Part shown: positions 1 through 8,844 of the stretch, in pieces | Numbering within the stretch: position 1 is the first letter of the stretch | Layout of the letters: each line of letters begins with the position of its first letter | Virus record (IMG/VR): IMGVR_UViG_3300024346_006511 | Span: 1-64,000 of that record | Reading direction: 5' to 3' (one strand) | Origin: a virus | Length of the DNA stretch: 64,000 nt | Notes under the pieces: model-generated | What the model saw: only the letters and a program-made list of their open reading frames with translations | Database searches by the model: none | What the model was told of the DNA's origin: nothing | Made by a program: the position numbers and the translations under genes

Positions 1-313
1 CATCGCCATACATAAAGTAAGCATCAGCTTGGTCTAACCATCTTAATGCCGTTTCTTTATCGCCAGCACCTACTGATACCACATCCTCTATAGCTTTATT
101 AACATACTCCTTCTCTTCCTCTACCTGCTTAGAGTTAATCTCCATTAGATCAGTAACGAATTGAGCTAAATCTAGGTAAGACCAGTTTTGAAAGTTATAC
201 CCTCTAGGTCTAAAACCATGAACATCTTTGAATAGATCCGAAACCCACATAAGGGTATCTTCGAATTCTTCGTTAGTGTTAATTGTGTGAATGTTTGAAT
301 TTGAATTTGCCAT
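1..313 (-). CDS. Hypothetical phage protein, partial (runs off window start)
   Basis: Not in ORF track; my translation MANSNSNIHTINTNEEFEDTLMWVSDLFKDVHGFRPRGY...; ATG directly follows the promoter/AAAGGTT cassette. Confidence 0.8.
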   Translation of the reverse strand, partial: MANSNSNIHTINTNEEFEDTLMWVSDLFKDVHGFRPRGYNFQNWSYLDLAQFVTDLMEINSKQVEEEKEYVNKAIEDVVSVGAGDKETALRWLDQADAYFMYGD

Positions 314-334
314 AACCTTTATTTTTTTATCTTA

Positions 335-370
335 TACTTAAAGATACGAATAAATAAGTTCCTAGGCAAC
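335..370 (-). promoter_or_regulatory. Class 1 (Bacteroidota sigma-A-like) promoter, representative copy
   Basis: Minus strand GTTG-cctaggaacttatttattcg-TATCTTTA resembles the -33 TTG / -7 TAnnTTTG consensus; other copies listed in findings. Confidence 0.8.
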
Positions 371-807
371 TATCTTAGTAACTCTTTTTCAATTATTTCA
401 TGAGAAAGTAAGTCTATATAAGTTTTTATTATAGCACACTTTTCATACATCTCCTTAGATTCGAAAAAGTATATAAGATCATTTAGTACGGTCATAACAG
501 TTTTGCTATCATAGGAATCTCCTATAGTATAAACAGTTTCAAATTTAGTAGCATCTATTCTATCTAGATACCCTACTAACTTAGACATATACTTAACTCT
601 GATAACGTCTCTTACTCTTTCATATTGTTCCTTATAAGACCTTTTGTACATTATGTCCATTAGATGCCAATTCTCCATTCCTCTTATTACCATTCCCATA
701 AGTACATACGGATTATTCATAACTCCCGTTATCTTATGTTCTTGGTAGATCTCTTCATCTCCTTGCTCGAAGATAGAGAATAAAGTTTCCTTATCTAGTG
801 GTTGCAT
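370..807 (-). CDS. Hypothetical protein with C-terminal UVR-like helix (EMYEKCAIIK)
   Basis: ORF track; TATTTATA motif just upstream. Confidence 0.65.
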   Translation of the reverse strand: MQPLDKETLFSIFEQGDEEIYQEHKITGVMNNPYVLMGMVIRGMENWHLMDIMYKRSYKEQYERVRDVIRVKYMSKLVGYLDRIDATKFETVYTIGDSYDSKTVMTVLNDLIYFFESKEMYEKCAIIKTYIDLLSHEIIEKELLR

Positions 808-813
808 ATGTTT

Positions 814-820
814 ATAAATA
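814..820 (-). promoter_or_regulatory. Class 2 (putative late) promoter motif TATTTAT, representative copy
   Basis: Recurs just upstream of about 13 minus-strand start codons (see findings). Confidence 0.6.
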
Positions 821-866
821 CAAGTTATAACCCGTAGAAAAATAAATAATAAATTTATGGTTTAAA

Positions 867-900
867 GTTGTTTCTTAATACTAAAGTTCTTATATTGATA
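867..900 (+). promoter_or_regulatory. Class 1 promoter driving the plus-strand block
   Basis: GTTG-N20-TATATTGA, ATG 3 nt downstream. Confidence 0.7.
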
Positions 901-901
901 T

Positions 902-1078
902 ATGAGTAGGTTAGAAGATCTTTTATTTGAAGCAGAAAAGTTGGGAGTTCGTAGGGAAGTTCTCGATAAAGTTGGTGAAATAAGGAGAATCAAACCGAAA
1001 ATGAAGATAAACGACGTATATGATAGGGCTTATGCGGAAGTAATGCTTGAAAAACAAAAAAACAGTGAAAAAATTTAA
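902..1078 (+). CDS. Hypothetical protein, 58 aa
   Basis: Not in ORF track; MSRLEDLLFEAEKLGVRREVLDKV...; follows promoter. Confidence 0.7.
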   Translation: MSRLEDLLFEAEKLGVRREVLDKVGEIRRIKPKMKINDVYDRAYAEVMLEKQKNSEKI

Positions 1079-1156
1079 CTGGACAGCGTTGATCTCTTAT
1101 ATAGTGATAGGAATAGTCACTTATTATATCTGGTCTGCGATATTTAACTGGTTATT

Positions 1157-1843
1157 GTGAATTTAGAAACATGGCAAAGGTATTGTATAGGGCAAAACCT
1201 TATGGATTGTGAATTTACTGTGTTATACAAGCAATATAACGACGGATGTGGTGCATTATTTTGGGATGCCGTGTATAATCACGAAGATTTCCTTGATCAA
1301 CACCGAGATTGTCGGAGTATTTTAGAGATTTGTTCGGGACCGGGCTTTATAGGTTGGGGAATCGCGCATGCTCTAGGAATAAAAGAGATACATTTTGGAG
1401 ATATCCATGAACCGGTCAATATAGACTTAGCTAAGACTGCTAAATTTAATAATGTTGACTATAATTTCCATCTAAGTGATGGATTTAAGAGTTATAATGG
1501 TCCAAAAGTGGATTTAATAATGGTAAGTCCGCCGTTTTTTACTAAGATTGAAGAGTTTGAACAGTTTCAATTGAATGAAGCAACCTTACTCACACAAGAT
1601 CAAGTAGAAAACCATAAGAGAAGATGGCTAGATTTAGATATGAACTTACATAAAAACGTTCTTAATAACTTTAGTAAGTATCTAACCGAGAAAGGACGTA
1701 TAGTAGTATTAGCTGATAAAAAGCATATAGATAAAGATATGTTAGATGCTGAAGCTAAGAATTATTCCTATTATACACATAAGGAGTTCGATGTTAAAGA
1801 GAAACCACATTGGCAAAGCTATATCAGAACATACTATATATGA
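1157..1843 (+). CDS. Class I SAM-dependent methyltransferase (PrmC/HemK-like)
   Basis: ILEICSGPGFIG SAM motif, GDI acidic residue, VSPPF (NPPF-like). Confidence 0.75.
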   Translation: MNLETWQRYCIGQNLMDCEFTVLYKQYNDGCGALFWDAVYNHEDFLDQHRDCRSILEICSGPGFIGWGIAHALGIKEIHFGDIHEPVNIDLAKTAKFNNVDYNFHLSDGFKSYNGPKVDLIMVSPPFFTKIEEFEQFQLNEATLLTQDQVENHKRRWLDLDMNLHKNVLNNFSKYLTEKGRIVVLADKKHIDKDMLDAEAKNYSYYTHKEFDVKEKPHWQSYIRTYYI

Positions 1844-1974
1844 AAGGTACAGAGATAATAGAGAGGTTAAAAGAGATAAGAGAAGAGACATCTAATGTAA
1901 ACTTACCTAATGCTATACAAAAGATAGATTACCTGATAGATGATATATACATGTACAAGCAACATTCATTATAA
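1840..1974 (+). CDS. Hypothetical protein, 44 aa
   Basis: Not in ORF track; ATGA and TAATG overlaps with both neighbours. Confidence 0.55.
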   Translation: MKGTEIIERLKEIREETSNVNLPNAIQKIDYLIDDIYMYKQHSL

Positions 1975-2441
1975 TGGAATATAAGGTATATAAGAATTTC
2001 GTACCAAATGATCTATGTGATGAGATTGTATCTAAATATAAGAACGAAGGATATGAAGATATTAGAGGGGAATGGGATACATATCCATATACCTTAAACA
2101 AAGGCCCCCTATATACGAAAATTTTGGAATTTTTTTCTCCCCTAGTTCCCTGGAAATTCAACGAAAGGTGGATGAATATAAATGAATACAATATTGGAGA
2201 AGGATTAGCCCACCATAGAGACGCTAAAGCTAGCAACTATACTATAATCTCAGCACTCAATGATGGTTATACAGGAGGAAGATTCGTTATAGAGAAGAAG
2301 ACATATATAGAGTTAGATAAAGGAGATACTATAGTGTTAAATGGCGGTAAGATATTACACGGTGTAGAGAAAGTCTCTAATGGCTCGCGAATAGCTTTAA
2401 ACCTATGGACAGTACCACAAGGTAATAACTCACTATTATAA
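1974..2441 (+). CDS. 2OG-Fe(II) oxygenase
   Basis: HRD...GGRF...HGV...RIAL motif set. Confidence 0.85.
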   Translation: MEYKVYKNFVPNDLCDEIVSKYKNEGYEDIRGEWDTYPYTLNKGPLYTKILEFFSPLVPWKFNERWMNINEYNIGEGLAHHRDAKASNYTIISALNDGYTGGRFVIEKKTYIELDKGDTIVLNGGKILHGVEKVSNGSRIALNLWTVPQGNNSLL

Positions 2442-2579
2442 CAATATATAAATATATATTACCTATACCCATAAAAATCATAAGAAATATGCAACTTAGT
2501 ATGGCGCAGCCATGCCTATAGCGTACCTATAAGGGAACTATACCGTCAGTGTTATGGCAAGGTTAGGGCACCATGCTAT

Positions 2580-2786
2580 CTATCTTCCGGAAGGTTTACC
2601 GTCCCAAGGTATAAACATAAGGAGAGTTAGGACCGAAGTCATAGCAAAGGCCTCTAGTGGGTAGTTGAGCATTAGACCTAAGCCTCTTACTCCTATCCAG
2701 ATAATGCCATGTATGGCTAGTACGCCTAGGCTAAGTACCAATAGGGTCAGTACTGTAGTGCCGGTATATCTAATTAACTTGTCCAT
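2580..2786 (-). CDS. Small membrane protein
   Basis: Two hydrophobic segments; class 1 promoter at ~2803-2838. Confidence 0.6.
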   Translation of the reverse strand: MDKLIRYTGTTVLTLLVLSLGVLAIHGIIWIGVRGLGLMLNYPLEAFAMTSVLTLLMFIPWDGKPSGR

Positions 2787-2838
2787 ATCTATCTCTCTTT
2801 ATATATACAATATACGAATAATACTTCAGGGTACCAAC

Positions 2839-3141
2839 TTATTCATTAACTATCTCCATCTTATATAATGGGAAGGTATAGGTAGTCTTCTGAGACATCA
2901 TGTCAAAGGTATAAGTCTTAACCGTAGTAGGGCCGATACTCTCTACATTCATACCACTAAAGCTACTCCAGATGCTATAGGACATCTCTCCTTCTTTACT
3001 GGCATAGGCATGTATTGTATATACATTAGCCTTACCCTGGTATCCTATACCGTAGGTAACCTTCATTCTCTCTTCATCCTTCATGGATGATATAGCCTTC
3101 AATACCTTCTTACTTGCTGATCTCTTCTCTGAATATGTCAT
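2839..3141 (-). CDS. Hypothetical protein
   Basis: Promoter plus AAAGGTT-ATG cassette upstream. Confidence 0.75.
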   Translation of the reverse strand: MTYSEKRSASKKVLKAISSMKDEERMKVTYGIGYQGKANVYTIHAYASKEGEMSYSIWSSFSGMNVESIGPTTVKTYTFDMMSQKTTYTFPLYKMEIVNE

Positions 3142-3527
3142 AACCTTTTTATCTTATACCTTAAGATACGAAATTATATGGTAGGATCCAACTAATCACC
3201 CAACTATCTCTTCATAAGTACAATATGGCAGAAAGGCAACTAATCTCCATATTATTTGTCTATATAGAGAAAAAAAGAATAGAGGGAGGTACGAGCCTGA
3301 TGTATCATATCTAATTTCCATACACCACCTATGTTTCTTTCTATACAACCTATATGTTTATATACCTATATCTCTATATGAATATATACACTAGCTATTA
3401 TTAATAGGCTTCATTGGATAATAGGTCATTCTACGTAGGATCTACATATCATAGCCTTAGTCTCTCCTTATATCTCTTGATTAGAATATCTATGTATAGC
3501 CTCAGCCGTACACTACCTTAGACACTA

Positions 3528-3797
3528 TTACTCCATATATGACGAGACACTTCTAAGACCGGAATAACTACAACGGTTGGTAGTTTGGATGGTGGTATCA
3601 TTTGAGACATTCGTCGAAAATGCGCGTGGCGACCTTCGGTCGAGAGAGAGACGACCCCCCTCACTCTCCCTCAAGCGTTCCATATCAAAGCCCCACCCCT
3701 CTAAATCCTCTACTATAGACGCTTCAATGTCTTTTTGTATTCTACAATCTTCTATATGTTCTTCTTCGAACTCATACATTATTCCACTTGTACACAT
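3528..3797 (-). CDS. Hypothetical protein (contains the GC-rich hairpin repeat)
   Basis: ORF track; coding status uncertain. Confidence 0.4.
   Translation of the reverse strand: MCTSGIMYEFEEEHIEDCRIQKDIEASIVEDLEGWGFDMERLRESEGGRLSLDRRSPRAFSTNVSNDTTIQTTNRCSYSGLRSVSSYME
3622..3660. repeat. GC-rich hairpin repeat, copy A
   Basis: GCGCGTGG-CGACC-TTC-GGTCG-AGAGAGAGACGACCCCCC; second copy at 54152-54187. Confidence 0.8.
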
Positions 3798-3959
3798 AAC
3801 TTATTTATTTTAATTTAGTATTATTTTATTAGTCTCTATTGATGTTCTTCTTATATAGTCCTCTACAAAGCCTTCTTCTACCTTATATGGTCTCCATAGT
3901 CCTATTGTTAAAGGCTTATACTCATATTCTTTAAACTTTGTAAACTCCATATTAATCCT

Positions 3960-4148
3960 CTACTTGATTAACTTGATTAAATCTTTAAACACATACTCTT
4001 CCTTTATTTCATCATATGCGAATACATTTGCTTTAAAGTCCTCATACGATAGTCCTCCATAGTCCTTCTGGAATACCTCCCATGCTTTACTATAGTCTAA
4101 CTCCTTAGGCTCATCCATCCAATCCCATTCTCTTCCGCTATTGATCAT
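3960..4148 (-). CDS. Hypothetical protein
   Basis: ORF track; ATGA overlap. Confidence 0.6.
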   Translation of the reverse strand: MINSGREWDWMDEPKELDYSKAWEVFQKDYGGLSYEDFKANVFAYDEIKEEYVFKDLIKLIK

Positions 4149-4348
4149 ATCTTATGCTTCCTCTTATACTTCTCTTCAAAGTCACTACCCTGTCCTATAT
4201 CTACTATCACAGCATTCTCTGGTAGTACTTTACTCTTAGGAGCTATTATCTGATCTACGACCTTAATGTTCTTAAATACCTTTATGTACTTCTTTATACC
4301 TGCTCCTTTAGTATACACTACTGCTATAGGAATTATATTCTGGCTCAT
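4145..4348 (-). CDS. Hypothetical protein
   Basis: ORF track; overlaps neighbours. Confidence 0.6.
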   Translation of the reverse strand: MSQNIIPIAVVYTKGAGIKKYIKVFKNIKVVDQIIAPKSKVLPENAVIVDIGQGSDFEEKYKRKHKI

Positions 4349-4859
4349 TTCTATAATGTTTATATGATTTATATTGATCGTAGTCTTCTTGATTGACCTT
4401 ATACCCCCAATGCAATAATGATTGTTGAATGCGCGGGCTTGCTTCCCAACTGCCTGTCTCTTCTATTCTAGTATAGATTCTATTACGCCATCTACCTTTC
4501 TCTCCACAGAAGTCCTGCCAGCGTCTTATCTGTCTGTTATCATCCTCACCTCTTATACCCATACTGAACTTACAATACCATTCAAACCATCCATAAGGAT
4601 CTCTCTCATGCATCCATTTCATACGCTTCCAGTACTCATAATCCATTCCAGATCTAATCTTAAACTTATTAAGCCTAGGTTTATATGTCTCTCCTAAGTA
4701 TAAGCTTGTATCTAAGCCATCGAAATGATGATCGAATAACTCTTGATACTCGAAGTTAGTATACTCTTCTATCGGTAGGCCGAAGTAACAGCCTCCAAAT
4801 GCTCCTGCTTCTACTATCTCTCTAGGAGTCAGTATAGGGTAAAATGCTAATGAACTCAT
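4308..4859 (-). CDS. Conserved hypothetical protein (TP..GAFGG.YF / DPYGWFEWY / RQI.RW / SPRI.Q.LLHW family)
   Basis: Motif pattern I recall from uncharacterised proteins of large DNA viruses. Confidence 0.65.
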   Translation of the reverse strand: MSSLAFYPILTPREIVEAGAFGGCYFGLPIEEYTNFEYQELFDHHFDGLDTSLYLGETYKPRLNKFKIRSGMDYEYWKRMKWMHERDPYGWFEWYCKFSMGIRGEDDNRQIRRWQDFCGEKGRWRNRIYTRIEETGSWEASPRIQQSLLHWGYKVNQEDYDQYKSYKHYRNEPEYNSYSSSVY

Positions 4860-5779
4860 ATTAATGTCTGATTATAGTTTAATGCCTTCTCAATATCGAA
4901 TGCTTCAACAACGTGACCTTCTTCATATTCATCATAAAGGTCTATAAACATTCTACTTACTCTCTTCATTATGCTTACTGGATAATGAGTTAAATCTCTT
5001 GCAGGTTGATCTCCATACTTAATAAAGTCTACTGCTTGCTTCATAGTCTCTGCTCCATTCCATAGATTATTATACTCCTTTAGAATATAATCAGTATCTG
5101 TCTCTTCTATATTTCTTATGTTAGAGTGGTAATAAGGAATGTTTAACTTACTACATTCATACCTGATAAGGTTTAGATATTTCATATAGTTATATTCTCT
5201 AGCACCTTCTGTGAGGTAGTTATTCCAAACGTAATCTTGACCATAGAAGTCTTTCATCTCTTTCTCAGCATTCCATACTAACCAGGTAGAATGAGTATTA
5301 TGCGTCCTATAGCCATACCTGTAATAAGGAGGTTGTAGATGGAATACGTTTACTACATTTAATCTTCTAACGTACTGAAGTAGTCTCACATATGAAGCTT
5401 CTATATCTCCTCCAGGTATTCCTAGATTAACTTCTATATTACCAGTGTACTTAGACATTTGGTAAGGCCAGGTATTCTCTTTATAATGTCCAGTACCGAA
5501 TGTATGTGAACATCCTAAGTATAGGTCAACAGGTTGATCTCCTATCTCTTCTATATCGTAGTCACATCTTAGCACCTGCTTATTAATCTTATACTCTATT
5601 GGCTTATCTATATACTGCTCAAGATACTTTCTCCTTACATCTGACATAAGGTTCTTCTCAAACGTTTCAGGATCATCTAATCCACACCATTCGTATACTC
5701 CAGGGCTTTTCTCTAAGCTTGGATTGACTGGAATGCCGATCTTTGTTCCGTATATAAATTTCTTTAACTCTTTAACCAA
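4856..5779 (-). CDS. SGNH/GDSL-like hydrolase-fold protein
   Basis: LGCSHTFG block I, NLGIPGG block II, D..H near C-terminus. Confidence 0.6.
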   Translation of the reverse strand: MVKELKKFIYGTKIGIPVNPSLEKSPGVYEWCGLDDPETFEKNLMSDVRRKYLEQYIDKPIEYKINKQVLRCDYDIEEIGDQPVDLYLGCSHTFGTGHYKENTWPYQMSKYTGNIEVNLGIPGGDIEASYVRLLQYVRRLNVVNVFHLQPPYYRYGYRTHNTHSTWLVWNAEKEMKDFYGQDYVWNNYLTEGAREYNYMKYLNLIRYECSKLNIPYYHSNIRNIEETDTDYILKEYNNLWNGAETMKQAVDFIKYGDQPARDLTHYPVSIMKRVSRMFIDLYDEYEEGHVVEAFDIEKALNYNQTLI

Positions 5780-5922
5780 TTGATTATAATATTTAATGCG
5801 ATTAATATATTCGTTATTACTGCTTGAGCAACTATAATGGTTCTAAACCTAGCTACTGCATCTGCCTCTCTCTTTGTAGAGCCTACCTTCTCTCCTAAAG
5901 CCCTTGCCCAAAGACGCCACAT
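5764..5922 (-). CDS. Small membrane protein (MWRLWARALGEK type)
   Basis: Not in ORF track; 52 aa with hydrophobic C-terminus; N-terminus resembles small proteins of marine myoviruses. Confidence 0.6.
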   Translation of the reverse strand: MWRLWARALGEKVGSTKREADAVARFRTIIVAQAVITNILIALNIIINWLKS

Positions 5923-6055
5923 ACAAGTGTAATTATAATTCCTACTACTAAAGCAACAAGTACTATACCCATTACTTTATAGTTACCTTCTGTTTGGCGT
6001 CTAGTCCGTCCTTGATTGATAATCTCCTTACCTTCGTTATACCAGTGATTGTTCA

Positions 6056-6286
6056 TTAGATTTTATCTTTTAGTTCATACTTCTTTAAATACTGTAGTGA
6101 TAATAGTTTAGCATATAACTCCTGCTGTAAACTATCTGCTGAGTAAGTATCTGTAAGTGGATGATACGTACTATTCTGCTTAAACCATAGCGCTGTATAC
6201 TTTTTAGCACTCCGGAATTGCAAGAAGGAATCACATGATGCAATTACCTTCTTTGCTTTCTTATACGTTTGAAATATATTATTCAT
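6056..6286 (-). CDS. Hypothetical protein
   Basis: ORF track. Confidence 0.6.
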   Translation of the reverse strand: MNNIFQTYKKAKKVIASCDSFLQFRSAKKYTALWFKQNSTYHPLTDTYSADSLQQELYAKLLSLQYLKKYELKDKI

Positions 6287-6287
6287 A

Positions 6288-6791
6288 TTAAAATAAGCTT
6301 AGTTGAGTTACAGCGTTCTTTTCGGTAAACTTATAAGCAGCCATTACCTTACGAGTAGGTTCGAACTTATTATTATTCCAATCGAATAACTCTCCGTCCT
6401 TAACACACAGTGCATGCTTAGCTACCATTACCATATAGGTACCTTTAGGATGAGACTTCATAAAGCTCTTAAGCGTCTTCTGTCTCCAGATCTCTTCTCC
6501 TTTAAGTTTATACAAGTTCTTTACTTCATGCTTCTTAAGTCCATAGACGTCAAAGTCTTTAGTACCTAATTTAAGACCATCGTCTTGAGCTTTTAAGAAT
6601 AAGTTAGTCATTAGAAGGTTATTAGTTCCCTTCTTATTTTCTCTACCCATCTCTTCTTTACAGAAAGTATGAGCAGTTCTATAACTAACACCAGTAGCAG
6701 AAGCTAATGATCGTACAACGCAGTCGTTCTTTTCTGCCTTAGCAAGTGAACAATCTGTCTTTGAATAATTTGAATTTACTGATAAATACAT
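6288..6791 (-). CDS. Hypothetical protein, possible Cys-His-Asp (C39-like) fold
   Basis: NDCVVRSLASATG ... KHALCVKDGELFD; promoter cassette upstream. Confidence 0.5.
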   Translation of the reverse strand: MYLSVNSNYSKTDCSLAKAEKNDCVVRSLASATGVSYRTAHTFCKEEMGRENKKGTNNLLMTNLFLKAQDDGLKLGTKDFDVYGLKKHEVKNLYKLKGEEIWRQKTLKSFMKSHPKGTYMVMVAKHALCVKDGELFDWNNNKFEPTRKVMAAYKFTEKNAVTQLSLF

Positions 6792-6839
6792 AACCTTTAT
6801 TGTTTTTAATTATACTTAAATATACGAATAATTAAGTTC

Positions 6840-7241
6840 CTAGGCAACTATTTGACTAGATACTTCCTTAATATGTTTACACCTTCCATGGCCGATATAC
6901 CCCATACAGTCACAGCTTAAATTACCTTTAGCATTATGTCGTACAGTATACTCCTTATCAGAAGAACCAGACTTGAAAGACCATCTCTTCTCTTCTACAA
7001 ATAACTCTTCGAAAGGATTCTTTTCTACCATAATATCGTTTACTGTTGTTTTAGGATGAACCTCTATCCATGATGGAGTATGATAGGTCTTACCATTAAT
7101 ATTCAAAATACCTCCTTTGCCTACATTGCTATAAGGTACTTTGTACGCATGTCTCTTAACCCATAGGTTACTTGGAGGATTGCTTACTGAAAGTGCTCCT
7201 TCAGAATATACAATCTCTCCGTTTACATTCCATAACGCCAT
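6840..7241 (-). CDS. SWIM zinc-finger protein
   Basis: CDC...CKH motif. Confidence 0.8.
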   Translation of the reverse strand: MALWNVNGEIVYSEGALSVSNPPSNLWVKRHAYKVPYSNVGKGGILNINGKTYHTPSWIEVHPKTTVNDIMVEKNPFEELFVEEKRWSFKSGSSDKEYTVRHNAKGNLSCDCMGYIGHGRCKHIKEVSSQIVA

Positions 7242-7242
7242 A

Positions 7243-7992
7243 TTATTCAGCTACGTAAGTACCCATCCAACCAATTCTATTAGGAGTACTAAGGTTAAAC
7301 ATTCTCATTGACATATCTCCTCCTCTTCGGTTCTTACTGAAGAAGAAAGTTCTATCACCTTCTTTAGTCCATTTCATATGAGCCATTCCAGTCATCATAT
7401 GCTTGAATCTATTACTACCAGCAAACTCTCCGCCTTTAGTAACTTGTTGAATAACTAAGAATGCAGTATTTACTTTATCCTTATTCTCTCCCATATTATG
7501 CTTTTCGAATAAGTTAAGCAATTCAGTCTCAGCTTTCTTAGAAGACATCCATCCTTTCGTAGTATCAACAACAGCATTTTGAATCTCTGCCATTGAATCG
7601 ATAAGTACTGAATCCCATCCTTCTGATAGAATAGACTTAACAACATCTAAAGCATTCTCCTCGCAGTAGTCTCCCATAAACAAAATAGGAAGCTGTCCAA
7701 ACTTAGGGTAACGTTTTACATATCCAACCATATCAATCTGATTCATCTCACCAGAGATAAACAAAACCTTTTGACCTTTAGCTTGTAAGTCAGCAAGCAT
7801 ATCAAGCATTACTGTAGTCTTACCAATACCAGGATCACCTACGATAGCATAGTTAGTACCTTTCATTAGTCCTCCTTCAGAAGAGAAATGAGAGTCAATA
7901 ACTCTACCAGACTTCATAGGACGGAACAATTGTGGATCAAAAGATAGATCCGACATTTTTACTGTTTGTAAATTCATAACCTTTGTATTCAT
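7243..7992 (-). CDS. RadA/Sms-like ATPase (core domain only)
   Basis: Walker A GDPGIGKTT, SGE, VLIDS, QVTKGGEFAG, KNRRG (RadA KNRFG); lacks Zn finger and Lon-like domains. Confidence 0.8.
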   Translation of the reverse strand: MNTKVMNLQTVKMSDLSFDPQLFRPMKSGRVIDSHFSSEGGLMKGTNYAIVGDPGIGKTTVMLDMLADLQAKGQKVLFISGEMNQIDMVGYVKRYPKFGQLPILFMGDYCEENALDVVKSILSEGWDSVLIDSMAEIQNAVVDTTKGWMSSKKAETELLNLFEKHNMGENKDKVNTAFLVIQQVTKGGEFAGSNRFKHMMTGMAHMKWTKEGDRTFFFSKNRRGGDMSMRMFNLSTPNRIGWMGTYVAE

Positions 7993-8060
7993 ATATATAA
8001 CCTTTTTATCTTATACCTTAAGATACGAATAATTAAGTTACTAGGCAAGCTTTTACCTAG

Positions 8061-8333
8061 TTATTTCCGGACCTTATGTAAATTACTTCCCCATCCAGTT
8101 CTTCTATCCATAGCTGATATCTCTTTAGCCACATTAGGATCTTTAATAACCTCTGTCTCACAGTAGGTAGTCTTTCCGGAAATAATATTCCTTACATACC
8201 AAGCACTAGTAGTTGAACACTTTACACACGTCTTAGTATCTGGTAATGCTTTTATCCTTAACGGATTTATCTCCTTGGTACATTTACAACAGTTCATATT
8301 AAAATGGTAAGGGTTCGTCTTTAACTTTAGCAA
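8061..8333 (-). CDS. TraR/DksA-type C4 zinc-finger protein (start probably MNCCKC, ~8297)
   Basis: CCKC..EI...R..ALP....CVKC. Confidence 0.7.
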   Translation of the reverse strand: MLKLKTNPYHFNMNCCKCTKEINPLRIKALPDTKTCVKCSTTSAWYVRNIISGKTTYCETEVIKDPNVAKEISAMDRRTGWGSNLHKVRK

Positions 8334-8529
8334 CAGGTTCTGAGATATCTTCTAGCTTTCTATAGCTCATAGAGGCAAAAGGCTGCTCTCCTATCTCAGT
8401 AACATTAGGTCTTCGATCATGTTTATCGAATGCACCTTTAAGTTTATGAGCTCTTTTACGAGCCATATAATCATTCTCTGCATAGACATACATGTCCATC
8501 GTAACTACATAACGTTTTTTATCTTTCAT
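8299..8529 (-). CDS. Hypothetical protein
   Basis: Promoter cassette upstream. Confidence 0.7.
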   Translation of the reverse strand: MKDKKRYVVTMDMYVYAENDYMARKRAHKLKGAFDKHDRRPNVTEIGEQPFASMSYRKLEDISEPVAKVKDEPLPF

Positions 8530-8604
8530 AACCTTTATTATTTATACGTAAATATAAGAAAAATAACGCAGGGAGGCAACTCCTCCCCAAGTTATTAATA
8601 GAAT

Positions 8605-8745
8605 TTATTCTTGGTCGGTTAGGTTTTTATTGTAGACCAAGTTAAAAATATCGTCGGCGAATTCGGGTGTAATCGAATTAGAATCTAATAGACCTTGAGT
8701 AATTTTTTTGATGTTGTCGTCGGTGTGGTAAATTGGTTGATTCAT
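8605..8745 (-). CDS. Hypothetical protein, 46 aa
   Basis: Not in ORF track; MNQPIYHTDDNIKKITQGLL...; promoter-like -7 element at ~8800. Confidence 0.5.
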   Translation of the reverse strand: MNQPIYHTDDNIKKITQGLLDSNSITPEFADDIFNLVYNKNLTDQE

Positions 8746-8844
8746 AGAAGAAATAAATTAAGTTAATTAATAAGAGAGCCTATCTCTCTTTCTTTAATAC
8801 TTAAAGATACGAAATTTATTTCAATATACCGGAGAGTAACTAAG

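Noticed and set aside
356-370. GTT-containing repeat edge as an integron attC site
   Set aside because: No RYYYAAC/GTTRRRY inverted pair or long palindrome and no integrase; promoter explanation fits better
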